A stretch of DNA of 64,000 nt from Magallana gigas (taxonomy: Eukaryota): NCBI RefSeq assembly GCF_963853765.1, contig NC_088855.1:50902001-50966000 (forward strand), given 5' to 3'. Positions 61,187-64,000 of this stretch are shown here, piece after piece. The first letter of the stretch is position 1. Each line of letters opens with the position of its first letter. Below the pieces are notes generated by a model. The model had not been told where the DNA came from and did no database searches. It saw only the letters and a program-made list of their open reading frames with translations. The position numbers were made by a program, and so were the translations under genes.

Positions 61187-63052
61187 GACAGACGGACGGA
61201 CGGACAAGGTGATTCCTATATACCCCCCCAAACTTTGTTTGCGGGGGGTATAATAAAGTACCTTGGTGATAGGTCTAAATTTATTCAACATTTTCTTACG
61301 TCAAAACATATTTTTAAGGGGGAGCCACAAATAGTGTTCATGGATTTCAGAAAAAGATTACCGTAATCCGGTGAATATAATACGCAGTAGTGTACAATAC
61401 GCACCCCCCACTTTAGGCCTGAAAATGGTGAAAAAAGCTTGTTGGGATGTATAATACGCATCAAAAAAATTGACCAAACGGTAATCCCGAGTATCAACAA
61501 AGCAGTTATACCATGTATGCACGCTTGAAACTTCATCGCGGGATAACGCTACCGGAAATAAGAAAAACACAATATTTTCTTAGATACGATTTATTGTAAC
61601 TAATACATCGCGGTAATATCTTTAATTCATAATCAATGTTTTAAATAGACCTAGCATTAAATATTCTACCATAAATAAAATCAACTACTTATATAATTGT
61701 TTAGTCATTACAATCCCTGTGAAGTGAAAAACGGATAATGTACAGGTATGGAGATAACGGACCTAATTAAATTCTTAAATGACTCCGATCAAAGTGATCA
61801 ATTAGAGGCCTGAAACATAATAAAATATATGCACAAAGAGTTGTGTTGTGTATAGTACACATAGCCTTAGGGGGGTGTCCGAGATACCCAAGGTGTCAAG
61901 CGTTAGCGGAGGGGGAGCACAACTGTTTCAATGGCTTCAATTAAAGGAATAGGTTATAGAATTATCTATATTCATAATTATTAATAACAGCTGTAATGGC
62001 GGCGTACACGGAGATAAAGAATAGGCAGTTCAAATCAATTTTTAAAGGCCATTTTGAAACAGTTTTTTTATTAACAGACTTAAAGTGTACATTTTCTTTA
62101 ATTACATGCTATAGTAATGATTTCCTAAGGGTTAAATAATAATATATATGTGACAATGAAGGAATGTTACGATGTCCTGTCTGTGAACAGCATAGGTAAT
62201 ACGGCAGTATGATACCCCGTGCTTCAGCTAGGGAAAAATATGTCCAAATCCTATAGGGATGTATAATACGCACCCCTTTCTCACGGTAAAAAATGCTGGG
62301 AAAAAAGTGCGTATTATATTCACCGGATTACGGTACCACAAGTTGAATTACTGAGTCTGAGAACTTATGTAAAATTTTTACAGAAATATCACTGGTGCTT
62401 GAGGACAGGACTGACCACCCCCCCCCATCCCTCAGCATCAAGACCCCCAGGATTTAACTCATTTTTTCATTGCCGTTTAATTATTCTTTATTGACATATT
62501 TATAAACTAATACATGCAGTACACAAAAATACTTATAACAAACATTTTGAAAAAGATCTTACCCCCACTATTTAAAATGTTTTACCGAGCGAATACACAT
62601 GAAATTAATATATAATATCAATGATATTCTGCAATGGTGAAGTAAAATATTGAACACTGAGTGTATAAAAAAAACTATCGTCCGAGGCCCTAGTTCATTA
62701 TGGTCCTAAAGCCATGTCCTTTTTGTTTTCCTTGCCTATCTTGTGAGATTTAGTCCACAGTTGATGAAATTTTTTTTTACAAATATAATGATTATTAATG
62801 TAAAGTCATATGAAAAAGCAAAAGTCCTTTATATGTATGTTATTATTAATTTAAAGTAACAACTTTAACCAAACGTCTAATGCATAATGTGTCACATATT
62901 CTTAGTGTACAATAAACAACTCATGTGCCTCTGAAGATATGTAGATACACATGTACCTGTCTTCTTGCTTGGTCCTGTGTGTAGTGGGAAGTCAGTTTCA
63001 TCAGGGAGTTGGTCCCACCACACTCCCCATCCACCAAATTTCTCATCGCCAT
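50884..63052 (-). CDS. PEX5: Peroxisomal targeting signal 1 receptor (PEX5, long/PEX7-binding form), ~619 aa
   Basis: Sixteen exons: 63052-62957, 60228-60190, 59821-59786, 59658-59535, 59144-58955, 57525-57390, 55109-54987, 54359-54235, 54112-54055, 53113-52970, 52883-52813, 52521-52336, 52116-52035, 51952-51866, 51621-51464 and 51088-50884. It has [11 protein letters not shown] (Cys11), an LVDEF motif, 8 WxxxF/Y motifs, KLANSEFLKFV, and TPRs ([26 protein letters not shown]). Confidence 0.95.
54527..54584. repeat. (AG)n microsatellite
   Basis: About 29 AG units. Confidence 0.97.
55600..56912 (+). mobile_element. Helentron/HINE-like non-autonomous element (~1.3 kb)
   Basis: Left IR ggcctgaagggcc and subTIR ATGGCGTCGAG (55625-55635). 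The right subTIR CTCGACGCCAT (56896-56906) sits within the hairpin atggctttcgagcttcgctcgacgccat, followed by an A-run. Confidence 0.65.
57621..58235. mobile_element. 615-bp TA-flanked Tc1/mariner(pogo)-type MITE
   Basis: ta|ccgtatatcaggttttttccgc ... gcggaaaaaacctgatatactg|ta. Confidence 0.82.
58541..58937. repeat. 31-bp minisatellite (~12-13 copies)
   Basis: Unit attaatcattgactgctataggagcattatg with variants. Two adjacent units carry the same 9-bp insertion. Confidence 0.95.
59233..59459. mobile_element. CTGTA...TACAG mariner-type MITE
   Basis: ctgtaaaccaacttttattcgc at the left end versus the reverse complement of the right end, ctgtaaatcaacttttgttcat. Confidence 0.65.
60507..61254 (+). 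mobile_element. Complete HINE/pearl-like element with ~146-bp internal tandem repeats
   Basis: Left aaaactagaggtactgtgagcaagctcac and subTIR taccccccgc (60541-60550); about 3 tandem 146-147-bp units; (ACAG/ACGG)n at 61146-61205; hairpin and subTIR gcggggggta (61241-61250). Confidence 0.85.
61361..62333. mobile_element. 973-bp pogo/Tigger-type MITE with perfect 26-bp TIR and TA TSD
   Basis: ta|CCGTAATCCGGTGAATATAATACGCA ... TGCGTATTATATTCACCGGATTACGG|ta. Confidence 0.88.
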
Positions 63053-64000
63053 TGTCGCCCGAGACTTTTCCTTAAAAAAAATGTAGACACAATAATCCAT
63101 CATGTTTTTTGTAAATGACAAAAAAATTCGCACCAAGTTGTACACAAACCTTGAAAATACTCAACAGAACTCTTACATGTACTCATCTTTACACTAATAT
63201 CACATTATTACTTAAATCTGAGAATTATACGCTGTAGACACCTGACAGAGATAATTCGAATTTATTAAATTGTAAATAATTTTCAATGTTTATCTATACA
63301 TTTCCGATAAACTTTAAAGTAATTTTAAAATATCATCACTAGAATTACCTCTAGCTCATAATGAAAATCCAAAAAGAAAAATTCTTTGGTACGTTGTACG
63401 TTGTTGAAAAATAAACAAACACATAAATCTTCCAAGTTTATGACACCGATTAACGCCCTTTATCATGACCACTAGGAGGCGCTGTGTGTACAACACGCGT
63501 GTGTCATAACAAGGTGCTTGTGGGCTATATTGCTCACATGAACAACGTCTGTGATAAAGTCAATTACAGATTGTCTACAGATAACTAATAAAATTGCTTT
63601 ATGTCATAGGCCCCTACTAAAAACAACCAACCAACCACTACCTAAACCATTCTCTACATAGAACTTTGCAGTCTTGATATAAATGTAAACTTCACCCCCC
63701 CCCCCCAATTACCGGGTAAATAAATAAATAAAATCATGACATATTTTTTCCAGTCATTAGGGAATCGTTCTTTAGAATTAAAAGGTGATAATTTTGGAAA
63801 GGGCGTGATCAATCCAACAAATCCCGAAAGGCTTCATATTCGATTTGATCACGCCCCGACCGAAATTTTCACCTCAGTTAAAATATTCACAAAAATGATT
63901 CCTTAATTATTACTTATATTTATATAATTTTCGGCCATTGCACGATAAAATATTTGAATATAGATAAGCAAACCCCACTTGCTTCCCAATTATACGACAT

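Noticed and set aside
60667-61291. Several overlapping 72-81-aa ORFs with repeated sequences
   Set aside because: These are translations of the 146-bp tandem repeats and microsatellite in a HINE element; none has transposase or Rep/helicase motifs.

Overview
AT-rich, intron-rich animal genomic DNA. The gene content and repeat families point to a bivalve, probably a Crassostrea/Magallana oyster (inference). I reconstructed eight spliced protein-coding genes by hand; every GT-AG junction was phase-checked. (1) A secreted His-rich four-EF-hand protein (minus; last exon not located). (2) A 394-aa multi-copy PFG-type neuropeptide precursor (plus). (3) TIMM22 (minus). (4) PPP4C (minus). (5) FLOT2 (plus). 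(6) ARPC3 (minus), head-to-head with (7) GPN3 (plus). (8) PEX5 (minus), carrying the PEX7-binding exon. Introns and intergenic DNA are packed with non-autonomous DNA transposons (TIR/TSD MITEs, Helentron/HINE-like elements, hairpin elements), a 5'-truncated LINE, and mini- and microsatellites. Leads most worth following: a triplicated splice-acceptor/ATG/signal-peptide module in the neuropeptide gene that creates out-of-frame decoy uORFs; nested short and long amidated peptides in that precursor; an 818-bp element with CAC termini and a 5-bp TSD (Transib/RAG-like signature); two nested 'short-IR plus giant terminal hairpin' elements, one carrying three palindromes shaped like tyrosine-recombinase sites; and a possible unannotated small secreted gene. 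There are no CRISPR, rRNA or true tRNA genes. No database searches were run, so family names come from recalled motifs.
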